From positions 1 to 53,099 of the IMG/VR virus record IMGVR_UViG_3300028361_000502: a stretch of 53,099 nt of DNA; one strand, written 5' to 3'. Positions 8,793 to 17,972 of this stretch are shown in pieces (position 1 is the stretch's first letter; each line of letters begins with the position of its first letter). This stretch comes from a virus. Its lineage: Duplodnaviria > Caudoviricetes. The notes under the pieces are model-generated. The model saw only the letters and a list, made by a program, of their open reading frames with translations, did no database searches and was not told where the DNA came from. Position numbers and translations under genes: made by a program.

Positions 8793-10828
8793 TTGCTTGT
8801 GGCCACAAATACGCCTGACCAGTTGTCTGGCAGGTCTTGTGTGTTCATATACTCACAACGTTCTATCCACATATCATAATATAGATCCATCTTACCTTCA
8901 AACTGTCCTTTTAATCTACGACATTCTTCTACAGCTTCAAGAAAACGTTTCTGTCTGTACAAGCCGTGCATAACAGCATGTCGTTTCCTGCTGCTATTAT
9001 AATGATTTTTAACATTGTCCAGCACTGTGTATATGCCCAGTCCAACACTCTTGCCTTTGACCTGTAGATCATCTATTTTGAGGAAGAACCAGTCTTGTGA
9101 GCATTGCTTGACTGTTGCTTCTCCGATCAGCAACAAGCATCCGTACTCTTTACATTTTGATTCGACTCTGGCTGCGGTGCTGACTGCGTCTCCCAGCACG
9201 TCGTAGCTGTGTCTTTTGGTTGATCCCATTTCCCCCAAATAGCCCAATCCAGTATTAATTCCAGCGCCCATCCCGACTGGCGGTCTTCCTTGAGGTATGA
9301 TAACCGTTTCATTAAATCTCTCCACAGCTCGTAGCATTTTTAGCCCTGTTGCTACGGCTGTGTCAGGGTGGTTTGCATCGTCTATAGGTGCGTTGTGAAT
9401 GTGCATACTAGCATCGCCAATATACTTGATAATCATACCATCAGCATCAAGCACAGGCTCTGTGATAGCATCCATATAGCCATTCATTATTTTAGTAAGT
9501 CCTTGTACGTCATCACCAAAGCTTTCACCCAATGGTGTAAATCCACGCAGGTCTGAGAATACAATGCTGACTTCTCTCTTGGTACCTTTTTTAATAAGAT
9601 CTGGATTGGTCTGTAACAGTTTAACCACAGTTGGGCTTGCGTATCCTTCAAACTGTTTCTTAATTGCCTGCTTCTGCAAGAATTCATCTACAAACTTGAT
9701 CACATATCTAATCACACCTACCAACAGTAGAAATGCTGCTGGAGTGAATCCGTCTACCAACCAGTTGTATTCTGTAAACACCCATATGCTGTAACCAATA
9801 CTCCCGCCCACGGACAACACAAAGAAGGCTATGCCCACGTATGTCCAACGAGCGAGAGCGATTAACAATATGCCAGCGAATATAAACGCTGCCAGTTCAG
9901 CACTGCTTGCCCACGCAGGGCGCTGTATGTTGGTCTCATTAAACACTGTGCCCAGCATAGCCGCTTGTAGTTCATGTGGGTACACGCCGCCTGCTGCTGT
10001 TGCTATAGGCTGGCTTAGTCCTGCTGCTGTGGGTGTAACAAACACAATACCGCCAGCAAAGTCTGTGGGTAAATCCGCAGCACTTACACTGATGCTTTTC
10101 TGACTCCAGTCAATCCATACACGGCCCAGTTCATCTGTGGGTATAACACCAAACTGTGGAATACGCAGTCTGTCAACACCCAGTGGGCTCAGTTTGATTT
10201 GAAAGCTAGGGTCGCCTGCCAATACTCTCAGCACTTCCATAGTCACGTTTGGATACAGTGTGTCTCCGCTGTAGAACACAAGCGGCACACGACGAGTAAC
10301 ACCATCTATTTCAGGAAAGGTGTTAACTATTCCACTGCCCACTGCATTTTGTTCAACCCAAGGCACGTTGGCTATAATACCAGGAACCTCTGGTATCAAA
10401 TACATATAGTCGCTGTTGATAATACTAGCACCAGGATTGATGGGTTCATTTCTGCCCTGCTCTGCGCCCAGCATGTTGACTATAACGGGATATTGCTGCA
10501 TAGCTTGTGCCAGTATTTCATCTTCGCCGGCTCTGTCAGACTCTGCCATAAACACCATGAACACTACTAGCCCAGCGCCTCTGTCATATATATCCTCTAT
10601 GAGGCTAGCATAATCACCTCTGGGCCAGGGCCATTGACCCTGTGCCTCTAAGCTAGCTTCGTCTATGTTCACAGTGTAAATGTTGTTGTTTACTGGCTCT
10701 TGATTAATTATCAATGTATCAAAATAACGCAGTTTCAAACTTTCTAAAAAGTTTGGATTTGCGTTCATCACATAGGCTAAAACAGCCAAAACCAATATAC
10801 TCCACAGAGGCGATAACAACTTTTTCAT
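8789..10828 (-). CDS. CHASE2-domain class III adenylate cyclase
   Basis: N-terminal TM, CHASE2 (IDEASL..GQWPWPR, DGVTRRVPL), three TMs, FSDLRGFT, KYIGDA, GINTG, YDVLGDAVSTAARVES. Confidence 0.93.
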   Translation of the reverse strand: MKKLLSPLWSILVLAVLAYVMNANPNFLESLKLRYFDTLIINQEPVNNNIYTVNIDEASLEAQGQWPWPRGDYASLIEDIYDRGAGLVVFMVFMAESDRAGEDEILAQAMQQYPVIVNMLGAEQGRNEPINPGASIINSDYMYLIPEVPGIIANVPWVEQNAVGSGIVNTFPEIDGVTRRVPLVFYSGDTLYPNVTMEVLRVLAGDPSFQIKLSPLGVDRLRIPQFGVIPTDELGRVWIDWSQKSISVSAADLPTDFAGGIVFVTPTAAGLSQPIATAAGGVYPHELQAAMLGTVFNETNIQRPAWASSAELAAFIFAGILLIALARWTYVGIAFFVLSVGGSIGYSIWVFTEYNWLVDGFTPAAFLLLVGVIRYVIKFVDEFLQKQAIKKQFEGYASPTVVKLLQTNPDLIKKGTKREVSIVFSDLRGFTPLGESFGDDVQGLTKIMNGYMDAITEPVLDADGMIIKYIGDASMHIHNAPIDDANHPDTAVATGLKMLRAVERFNETVIIPQGRPPVGMGAGINTGLGYLGEMGSTKRHSYDVLGDAVSTAARVESKCKEYGCLLLIGEATVKQCSQDWFFLKIDDLQVKGKSVGLGIYTVLDNVKNHYNSSRKRHAVMHGLYRQKRFLEAVEECRRLKGQFEGKMDLYYDMWIERCEYMNTQDLPDNWSGVFVATSK

Positions 10829-10842
10829 TCAGTATTTATTCA

Positions 10843-10869
10843 AAAATATAGGGCCAAGGGCCCTATATT
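10843..10869 (-). terminator. Intrinsic terminator after the curli operon
   Basis: AATATAGGGC-ccttg-GCCCTATATT hairpin followed by a T run. Confidence 0.75.
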
Positions 10870-10887
10870 GAAATGGTACAATGATGA

Positions 10888-12033
10888 TTACTGTTGGTCA
10901 ACAGTTAGGTTACAGGTTCCAGTAGTACAAACACCGTTTACCACTGTGTTGTCACTTAGGTCATGTGGTAGACTGTACAGTTGGTTCGTGTCGCCGCTCT
11001 GTGTTAGGCTAAAGTTCCAGTTGCCGCCTGAGTTGGTCAATTCAACTGTTGCTGCGTGATTGCCCAAGCCTTCTTGTAGCACTGTGACTGTGGCATTGTC
11101 GCCTAAACTTATAAGATCCAAGTAGTGTTCGCCTGATCCTTGTTGTGTGATTGTGTATGTGCCAAAACTACCATCGATGTCTAAGAACGCTTGCTTTTCG
11201 CTGTCACCCTGCTGTAAGAATGTAAGAGTGTTTGAATCGCCTACTATGTTGATGTCAGCAAAGTTTCTGTCAGTGTTGGTACCGCTCTGTGTGATGTCAG
11301 TTATGTTTGAATTACCCTGTAAGTACATTAACAAATAGTTACCATTGCTTAGTTGTGTGATGTCAACATCGTTGCTGTCGCCTATGATGGTCAAGTCAAT
11401 GTTGTTGCCTGTGGTTATGGCATTTGCGGCGTCTACCTGTGCCTGTTGTACACTGGTGATAGCACTTCTAAACACTGGTGTTGGTGCAGGAGCAGGTGCT
11501 GGCGCTGATGCAGTTTCGCCTGCTGCTAGAGGAGTTGTTGAATCAGGGACCCAAGTGCTCATAGTAGCGTTTGATGGATTTTCTTCTTCAACTGTAAATG
11601 AAGCACTATCACCTATGCTGTAGCCTTGAGCGGTTGTGATAAGTGTTCCCCAAAACCCGTCGCCCAAGTAGAATATAGCGCCGTCTGCTAGAGCTCGAAA
11701 TGTACCTGTGTTGTGGATTACTTCAGCAACTGTTCCGTCACTGTTGTATAGTGCCATACCATAAGTACCTGGATTGGTTGTTGAATCAAAAAACGCAAAG
11801 TATTGACTTGCGCTGTTGATATTTGCATAGTCTGTTGAGGTCATTCTAGATGAACTTGGTACACTTCTGTACAGATAGCTGTAGCCGCTTGTATTAAGTG
11901 TTCCGCCGCTTATACCCCATTGTACATCAAATATCTGTGCTGTACTAAATTTACCTGTTGTGATATCAGCCCATGCTGCTGAGGAAAATGTTAGTACAAA
12001 AAATACTGTTATTATTCTTATTAAATTTTTCAT
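10888..12033 (-). CDS. Secreted curlin-repeat protein with an extra N-terminal domain
   Basis: Signal peptide MKNLIR...AAWA; APAPAPAP linker; C-terminal repeats of the type I.GDSN...I.Q.G; start moved to 12033 (ATGA overlap). Confidence 0.8.
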   Translation of the reverse strand: MKNLIRIITVFFVLTFSSAAWADITTGKFSTAQIFDVQWGISGGTLNTSGYSYLYRSVPSSSRMTSTDYANINSASQYFAFFDSTTNPGTYGMALYNSDGTVAEVIHNTGTFRALADGAIFYLGDGFWGTLITTAQGYSIGDSASFTVEEENPSNATMSTWVPDSTTPLAAGETASAPAPAPAPTPVFRSAITSVQQAQVDAANAITTGNNIDLTIIGDSNDVDITQLSNGNYLLMYLQGNSNITDITQSGTNTDRNFADINIVGDSNTLTFLQQGDSEKQAFLDIDGSFGTYTITQQGSGEHYLDLISLGDNATVTVLQEGLGNHAATVELTNSGGNWNFSLTQSGDTNQLYSLPHDLSDNTVVNGVCTTGTCNLTVDQQ

Positions 12034-13124
12034 TGTGTTTGTACCACCTTTATGTTTACGTTTGTGCCACCGTCTTGTATTTGTATAGTTGCGGCATATT
12101 CGTCTTGTATGAGACTGTAGGTCCCGTGTGTGTCTGCGCTGGTTGTGATCACACTTATATGAGGCTGTCTGTCGCTTTCTATATAGATGTAACTTTCGTT
12201 TGCTGCCCATTGTATCCAAGGATATTTGTTTATACCTGGTAGAATAGCATTTTCGTCTTCAGACAATTCATCTTCGTCTAGGCCTGTGCTGAGGTTCAAC
12301 AGGTTATCCAAGTAATCATTGTTCAGTCTGTTTATATTAAGTTCTGAAAAATTCAATAGATCCTCGTCAAGTAGGTTTGCACTGAGTTGTTCGTATTCCA
12401 ATAAGTCGAAATCCAATGCTGTTGTCTGTTCTTCTTCCTCTTCTTCAGTGCCAAAGCCATTGACAAACTCTGAAGGAGGAACAATGATTAGATTGTTGTT
12501 GATATCGTTTGGACCTAACAGTAGACGCTTGGGGTCACTTGGCATCATAGCCAAACTGCTTACCATAGTGCCTTGATATGCTTCTGTAAGCAGCACTGAT
12601 CCTGCTGCGTTGCTCACTGTGATAGCGCCAACTGGACATTCATCTTCGTCGAATGTAGCGTCAGGACAGCTGGGCAATAGAATCACTAGACTGCGACCCA
12701 GTTCATCCACAGTCATACTAAAGTCTGTGCCTCTAACTGTGATGCTGGCAGTGGGTGTAGTAATGCTTACACGATCTCTGCTGTTCTTTGCTATTCTGCC
12801 TGATGCCATCTGTACAGTGCCAAGTGCCACACGCATACTCACACTGCCAGTGCCGGTGTTGGCGTCATACACAAAGTCGTCAATCACCAATTCACTCTGT
12901 TCAGTAATTCGCACTTTTGAATCGTCTTCGAATGTGATTTCTAGATTGGTTCTAGCAGTGATAAGTTTGTCCAGCATTTCCACACCAAAGCCTGTTTGTT
13001 CGAAAACAAGTTCTTCTTGACTGCGCACAGCGCCAGCAGGATTTCCATCAAACTCTGTGATGCTGCCTACTTCAGCAAGACCTATGCAGGGCGTTAATAT
13101 CATTATACCAATCCAACGCCACAT
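12030..13124 (-). CDS. FecR-domain periplasmic protein
   Basis: Signal peptide; D.L.T...LEITFEDDSKVRITEQSELVID, ITTPTASITVRGTDF FecR motifs; acidic C-terminal region. Confidence 0.88.
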   Translation of the reverse strand: MWRWIGIMILTPCIGLAEVGSITEFDGNPAGAVRSQEELVFEQTGFGVEMLDKLITARTNLEITFEDDSKVRITEQSELVIDDFVYDANTGTGSVSMRVALGTVQMASGRIAKNSRDRVSITTPTASITVRGTDFSMTVDELGRSLVILLPSCPDATFDEDECPVGAITVSNAAGSVLLTEAYQGTMVSSLAMMPSDPKRLLLGPNDINNNLIIVPPSEFVNGFGTEEEEEEQTTALDFDLLEYEQLSANLLDEDLLNFSELNINRLNNDYLDNLLNLSTGLDEDELSEDENAILPGINKYPWIQWAANESYIYIESDRQPHISVITTSADTHGTYSLIQDEYAATIQIQDGGTNVNIKVVQTQ

Positions 13125-13125
13125 C

Positions 13126-13815
13126 TTAGTTTTGCAATATGTCTACTGTGTTGCTGCTGCCTGTCACAGTCATATTCACATAGGTGTAGCCCATTGCAGT
13201 TTGTTGATCAACACTGATAGTATTGCTGTCACCGTCCACAGTCATACTGACTTGATTGAACCCGCCTGCACTGGTTTGAAACAGATTGATTTCGTTGAAG
13301 TTGCTGCTGGTGCTTTGTCCAACATCAACTATGTTAACAGCATCAGCACTGTCCAGTGCATAATTGATGATGTTGTCGCTACCAATAATGTTTGTGGTTG
13401 TGTCAGTGTTGTTTACAATTATACCATTACACACACTGTTGGTGTAGGTCTGGCAATAGGTCATTACGTTGTCACTGCCCACTATGTTTGTGGTAAATGT
13501 ATTGTTCATACCGCCAAAGATTTCTCCAGTGATGATGTTCATATCGCCTGTGGCAGTGTAGTTAAATGTAGTAGTACTAGCGCCTGATTCAAACTCTAGG
13601 TCTGCTTGGTTGGCATCGCCACTCTGTGTAATATTAACAGTGATGTCATCACCTTCAAGGTTCATTGGATCAGATTCTGTGTTGATTCTGTTGTTGCCGT
13701 TTTCCTGTAGTACGTTTACAGTTAGGTCGCCACCAGCTTGATCAATGTAAACTTCGCTGGCCATTGCTGTGCTTGCCAGCAGTGAGAACACGAGTGTGGT
13801 TATAATTTTTTTCAT
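13126..13815 (-). CDS. Curlin-like repeat protein
   Basis: Signal peptide; about 22-aa repeats ..Q.GD.N / I.GSDN; Asn/Gln/Gly/Thr rich. Confidence 0.8.
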   Translation of the reverse strand: MKKIITTLVFSLLASTAMASEVYIDQAGGDLTVNVLQENGNNRINTESDPMNLEGDDITVNITQSGDANQADLEFESGASTTTFNYTATGDMNIITGEIFGGMNNTFTTNIVGSDNVMTYCQTYTNSVCNGIIVNNTDTTTNIIGSDNIINYALDSADAVNIVDVGQSTSSNFNEINLFQTSAGGFNQVSMTVDGDSNTISVDQQTAMGYTYVNMTVTGSSNTVDILQN

Positions 13816-13840
13816 TTTTTGCCCTCTTGATAAGTTAATC

Positions 13841-14620
13841 TTATTCTTGTTGTTGGATGGACCAGATACCGTTGTCTGCTCCCTCCTTTATCATTTCTAC
13901 TATAGCTGCTTGTATAGCCAATCTCACAGCGTGATTCACGCTTTCGTTTTGACTGTTGCCTATTTCCAGTTCAACTGCTTCTGTGCCCAGTTCAATAAAG
14001 CGGAATATACCCATGTTTGTGCTGGTGCTTACCACTGTCTTTGTCACAGCCGTTGATGTAAGTATCTCACCAGTTTGTACACTCACACATCTCATACTGA
14101 TAGTGATCACATCTTCTCTGTATTGAGTATATGGTCCTATGCCTAGGTAACGTGCTCCAGCGCCACCTGTTAGTGTGTTGCTGTCATAGCCAACTATAGC
14201 GCCCTCTATAATCAGTCCAGCAAACATCAGTGGTGCTAGTTGTGTTTCGTCGCCCACGCTTTCACGTGTTTGTCTAATAATCTGTCTTTCACGTGATAGG
14301 TTTTCAAGTCCCACACGCTCTACTACTTTGAACCAAGTGCCATCGCCTACATCACGCAGTGCTTTGATAACGTATTCACTTGCGCCCTGTGTTACTGCTG
14401 TTGATATGTTGGCCAGTCTGTCACTGGGCATACGTTGTCCAGTCTTGTCTTGAAATTCATACACTGCTGCCACCATAGGTCCTGCTAGTGGAGGTAGTGC
14501 GTTCAAGTATTCTGCGTCAGTGATTACAACCTGTGCTGGTTCGCTCTCTATTCTGTTCACAGTACTGGCACAGCCTGCGAGCAGTGCGGTGGATAATAAT
14601 ACAGCCAATAGTATTTTCAT
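13841..14620 (-). CDS. csgG: Curli secretion channel CsgG
   Basis: Lipobox LAGC; AVYEFQDKTGQR, STAVTQGA, WFKVVERVGLENLSRERQIIR, GGAGARYLGIG. Confidence 0.93.
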   Translation of the reverse strand: MKILLAVLLSTALLAGCASTVNRIESEPAQVVITDAEYLNALPPLAGPMVAAVYEFQDKTGQRMPSDRLANISTAVTQGASEYVIKALRDVGDGTWFKVVERVGLENLSRERQIIRQTRESVGDETQLAPLMFAGLIIEGAIVGYDSNTLTGGAGARYLGIGPYTQYREDVITISMRCVSVQTGEILTSTAVTKTVVSTSTNMGIFRFIELGTEAVELEIGNSQNESVNHAVRLAIQAAIVEMIKEGADNGIWSIQQQE

Positions 14621-15081
14621 TAGAACGCAAACTCCCCAGTTGGCACGTCAAAGCTGCTGGTCAGTTCACCGCTTGAATTGTACACTTCTACGTAGATTCT
14701 ATCGTCTATATCTCGCTTCCAGCGTATGTTGTCACCAAACGGAGTAGTTGCTTCTGCCCATTCGCCCACAACGGTTGTGCCGCCTTCGCCAAACAATGCG
14801 TCTGCTATCTGTCTACTCAATTGAGCATAGATTCTACTTTCTAGATTGTTTTGAAACTTGTAAGCGTTGGTGTTTCTATCGTCACGCTCTGCTCTGTCTA
14901 TTTCAGCCTGTGCATCTGCACGAATCTTATCTCTGCGTTGCTGTTCCAACTGTTCGATTGTGAGAACATGTGTGCTGTATCCGTTGCCGCTGAACGCAGG
15001 CGAGTTGAAGCCAAACGTAAGTTCGCTTGCGTTTACAGAAGTAGCCAGAAATAGTGGCACAATCCAAAATAGTTTTTTCAT
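14620..15081 (-). CDS. csgF: Curli assembly protein CsgF
   Basis: Signal peptide, then SELTFGFNSPAFSG; F..NLESRIYAQLSRQI. Confidence 0.85.
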   Translation of the reverse strand: MKKLFWIVPLFLATSVNASELTFGFNSPAFSGNGYSTHVLTIEQLEQQRRDKIRADAQAEIDRAERDDRNTNAYKFQNNLESRIYAQLSRQIADALFGEGGTTVVGEWAEATTPFGDNIRWKRDIDDRIYVEVYNSSGELTSSFDVPTGEFAF

Positions 15082-15126
15082 TCTCGAGCCCTCAAAGAAT
15101 CAGTGAGCCCTCACGCTCTACTGTAC

Positions 15127-15133
15127 TATTTAT
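15127..15133 (-). promoter_or_regulatory. Late-type promoter ATAAATA for the curli operon (representative; the motif recurs in many intergenic gaps)
   Basis: TAAATA upstream of genes at about 4242, 7382, 10833, 16702, 18845, 22833, 25881, 29603, 30431, 41835, 43967, 45447, 46184, 46687, 48973; resembles the T4 late promoter TATAAATA. Confidence 0.7.
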
Positions 15134-15170
15134 CGGATCTGGCGGAAATGATTAACTGTGCTGTTTGTGT

Positions 15171-16682
15171 TTAAACAGTTGCGTTAGGATTATTAGGCTG
15201 TGTTTTGGTTTGATCTACTGGTGCAGGTTCAGCAGCAGGTGTAGAATCAGCAACTATGTCATCTTCGACTGCTGCAATTGCTTTTAATAAGCCGCCCATT
15301 TCAATAAGGCTACGAATATAACCCTTTCCACTCTCGCCCTTCAAGTTTGTACGCACTTGTATTAACATTGAATTACCTGCAAGGTTTGTTTCTTCAACTG
15401 CATCAGAGCCGATTGGTCTTCCATATATTAATATTTTAGGTGGATCTGCTTGATATTTAACTTGTAAGTCAAATTGCTCCATTGCTGCTTTAAGTTCTTT
15501 ACCGAAGTTTAGTTCTTTAAAACCCGGAGCATTTGGTGATGTTTTTAATATCACCATACTAACTTTGGGATCATTTAGTGATGCATGGTGTGCAATGCCG
15601 TTATACATGCGTTCTATAAACTTAACTTCTGCATTTGTATTTCCTGCAAGTTCTTGTTGCAGTGCTTGTGCTACGTCTTTGTATACTTCTTTAAAAATAG
15701 GATAGTTATGATTAGCATCGCTGCCATTCATTTGTTCAACGTATTTGTTGCTGATATTGATGCCAAATATACTTTTAAACAGCGTTTGCACTTTTTCATA
15801 ACTGTTGCCGGGCACTTGTCCAAACTGTTTTACATCTCCTGCTTTAGCACTAATTAAGTTAATTGAGTTGTCATCAAAATCTAAAAATAAATCTGCTTTA
15901 GTTCCTTTTTGATCAGACACTCCATCGGAGTTTACAACAATAACATTTTTATTTGGATCGTCTATTGCTTGTTTTACTGCTTGTTTTACAGCGGCGCTGC
16001 GGTTTGCCCATAGCACAGCAGACCTATTTAATCCTGTCATTTCGGGCGGAAATTCTCCTTCGCCTACTGATGTAATTACTGCGCCGAAACTAGTTTGGTT
16101 TAATACTAATACATATTTTATACTATCTTTGCCAGCAGTTGTCTGTAAGGTGCCTCTTTTATTTTTCCCTTCGTCAACAATAGTCAATCGTTTAATAACA
16201 CTTAAAACATCGTCTTCGGTAATTTCTTCACCTAATTTTTCAAATTTTGCAGTACACGCTGCTCCTAAGAACGCTTCGCCTACATCGCCAGAATTAAACG
16301 GTTTCTTAGAACCTTTCATTTCTGATGTTTTAAAAATGTCTCCTGTAGGAACTGTTTCTATTCTGCCTTTTAATTTTACTCTTACAGAACTTGGAACTTG
16401 TCCTGCTGGAATTAAAAAACCTCGGTCGTTAGCGTTTACTTCATCTTTGTCTTCGATTGGAGAGTTTTCACCGTAGAACATTTTTGCAAGACGTTCGGCC
16501 TCAGATGGTTCAAATTTTACAGTTTTACCATATGCAATTTTTGATTTACCTTCTAATTCAACATCTTTACCAGCGGCAATCATGTTGATTAGTACATCAA
16601 GGTATTGCCCTCTGTGCTTTTGTAAGTAAGCTTTACTTAGGCCTGATTCTGTTAATACTGTTTTAAACTCGTTCCAACGCAT
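15171..16682 (-). CDS. Large hypothetical protein, probable internal virion protein, possible PD-(D/E)xK fold
   Basis: N-terminal MRWNEFKTVLTES; KADLFL...LISAK motif; late promoter upstream. Confidence 0.6.
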   Translation of the reverse strand: MRWNEFKTVLTESGLSKAYLQKHRGQYLDVLINMIAAGKDVELEGKSKIAYGKTVKFEPSEAERLAKMFYGENSPIEDKDEVNANDRGFLIPAGQVPSSVRVKLKGRIETVPTGDIFKTSEMKGSKKPFNSGDVGEAFLGAACTAKFEKLGEEITEDDVLSVIKRLTIVDEGKNKRGTLQTTAGKDSIKYVLVLNQTSFGAVITSVGEGEFPPEMTGLNRSAVLWANRSAAVKQAVKQAIDDPNKNVIVVNSDGVSDQKGTKADLFLDFDDNSINLISAKAGDVKQFGQVPGNSYEKVQTLFKSIFGINISNKYVEQMNGSDANHNYPIFKEVYKDVAQALQQELAGNTNAEVKFIERMYNGIAHHASLNDPKVSMVILKTSPNAPGFKELNFGKELKAAMEQFDLQVKYQADPPKILIYGRPIGSDAVEETNLAGNSMLIQVRTNLKGESGKGYIRSLIEMGGLLKAIAAVEDDIVADSTPAAEPAPVDQTKTQPNNPNATV

Positions 16683-16704
16683 TGTTATTTCCTATTTAGA
16701 GTAT

Positions 16705-17397
16705 TTATACTATTTTAGGGAACAACATGTCACGACAGAATACATCAACAGACGCTTCATCTAAGCCTAGGCTCTTCATAGTTTTAGCTGTATGGGGATT
16801 CTGCTGTTGATTTTCGCAGTACCAGTTTTGTGCTTTTATACTCTCGTCACGATCCGCAGTGTGATCGAAAATTCTTATTTCTTCAACGTAAGCATGAAGA
16901 TTGTTTACAGCTATGTTGATGATTGCTTCTGCTTCTTCTAGAGTGTTTACATTGCCCGCGGCCAACATACGTTCAGTAAAGATGTTACGAGCCCACTCCG
17001 GTAGTTCACGCTGCTTCTTGGGTACGAAGTTGTCTACACTATCATAGTAGCCGTGTACCATAGGATGATCAGGGTCTGTTGTGATGCTGAAATCGTGGAA
17101 GGCACCTGTGATTTTGTTCTTGCCTGCGATTACGTCAAAACCATAGATTGGTGCGTTGTTGTGTAGTTGTGGGAAAATGCACACATGCATCATCCAAAGA
17201 CCTTTTGTGTCTCTAGCATCCACAACGTCAATGTGGGCACGACGAATACTGTGATTGGCCCACACACGATTGATCCATCCGTTTTGGGGTTGATTAAAGT
17301 CTTCCAGTCCCTGCTCTGATATTTCTTCAGCAAAAGTATCAAACACTGCGATAATATCGTTTTGACATTCTATCAGTCGATCCCAAATAGCACTCAT
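16705..17397 (-). CDS. Ferredoxin-dependent bilin reductase (PcyA/PcyX family)
   Basis: RRAHIDVVDAR..KGLWMMHVCIFP, PIYGFDVIAG, AFHDFS, RELPEWARNIF, QNWYCENQQQNPHT. Confidence 0.9.
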   Translation of the reverse strand: MSAIWDRLIECQNDIIAVFDTFAEEISEQGLEDFNQPQNGWINRVWANHSIRRAHIDVVDARDTKGLWMMHVCIFPQLHNNAPIYGFDVIAGKNKITGAFHDFSITTDPDHPMVHGYYDSVDNFVPKKQRELPEWARNIFTERMLAAGNVNTLEEAEAIINIAVNNLHAYVEEIRIFDHTADRDESIKAQNWYCENQQQNPHTAKTMKSLGLDEASVDVFCRDMLFPKIV

Positions 17398-17972
17398 TCT
17401 GGCAACTCCGACATCTGTTCAAATAAACGTGCTGCAAAGTCAAAACAGAGATTTGCTTCTTCTGCCATTGAATCGTCACACCTGGCTCTGATTTGTTCTT
17501 TTAATTCTTTAGCGTTGTCGTGCTGGTACATAGTAGCACTGCCCGGAACTTTCTTAGCAATCATTTGTCCGCCGCTGAGATCACCCATGTGTCTAACATA
17601 GACATGTGCCATAACCCGATGCGGATCGTCTTTGATAGTCATTAGGTGATCCATGTATTCCTTTACCGCAGGCAACAGTGGAGGCTGATTGGGCTGAAAC
17701 TCTGCCCATAGTTCTTGATAGTCTTCGTGTATTTTAGGAGCAATTCTTAGATCCGACAGCCCATGCATCATGGCAAACATTTCTAATAGATTGTATTGAG
17801 GATGTTGATTAAACAAGTAGGTAGCATAGCGTTTCTTACTGACTGTGCCGTTCAACAGTTCTTGAGCAAACGGTTGTGTCTCTGCTGTTTCGTGCATACG
17901 CTGTGTAAGAGATCTTAGATTGTTGCCCGCTGTGTCTGCGTGTTTTTCGCTGTGCTTTCTTACACTATCCAT
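17394..17972 (-). CDS. Heme oxygenase
   Basis: LRSLTQRMHETAE proximal His; AHVYVRHMGDLSGGQMI signature. Confidence 0.93.
   Translation of the reverse strand: MDSVRKHSEKHADTAGNNLRSLTQRMHETAETQPFAQELLNGTVSKKRYATYLFNQHPQYNLLEMFAMMHGLSDLRIAPKIHEDYQELWAEFQPNQPPLLPAVKEYMDHLMTIKDDPHRVMAHVYVRHMGDLSGGQMIAKKVPGSATMYQHDNAKELKEQIRARCDDSMAEEANLCFDFAARLFEQMSELPE

Noticed and set aside
12034-12219. Long N-terminal extensions in the ORF track (also 39732-39872, 18791-18841, 30427-30579, 36234-36263, 49924-50103)
   Set aside because: They overlap upstream genes or leaders; downstream ATGs have an RBS, coupling or signal peptides
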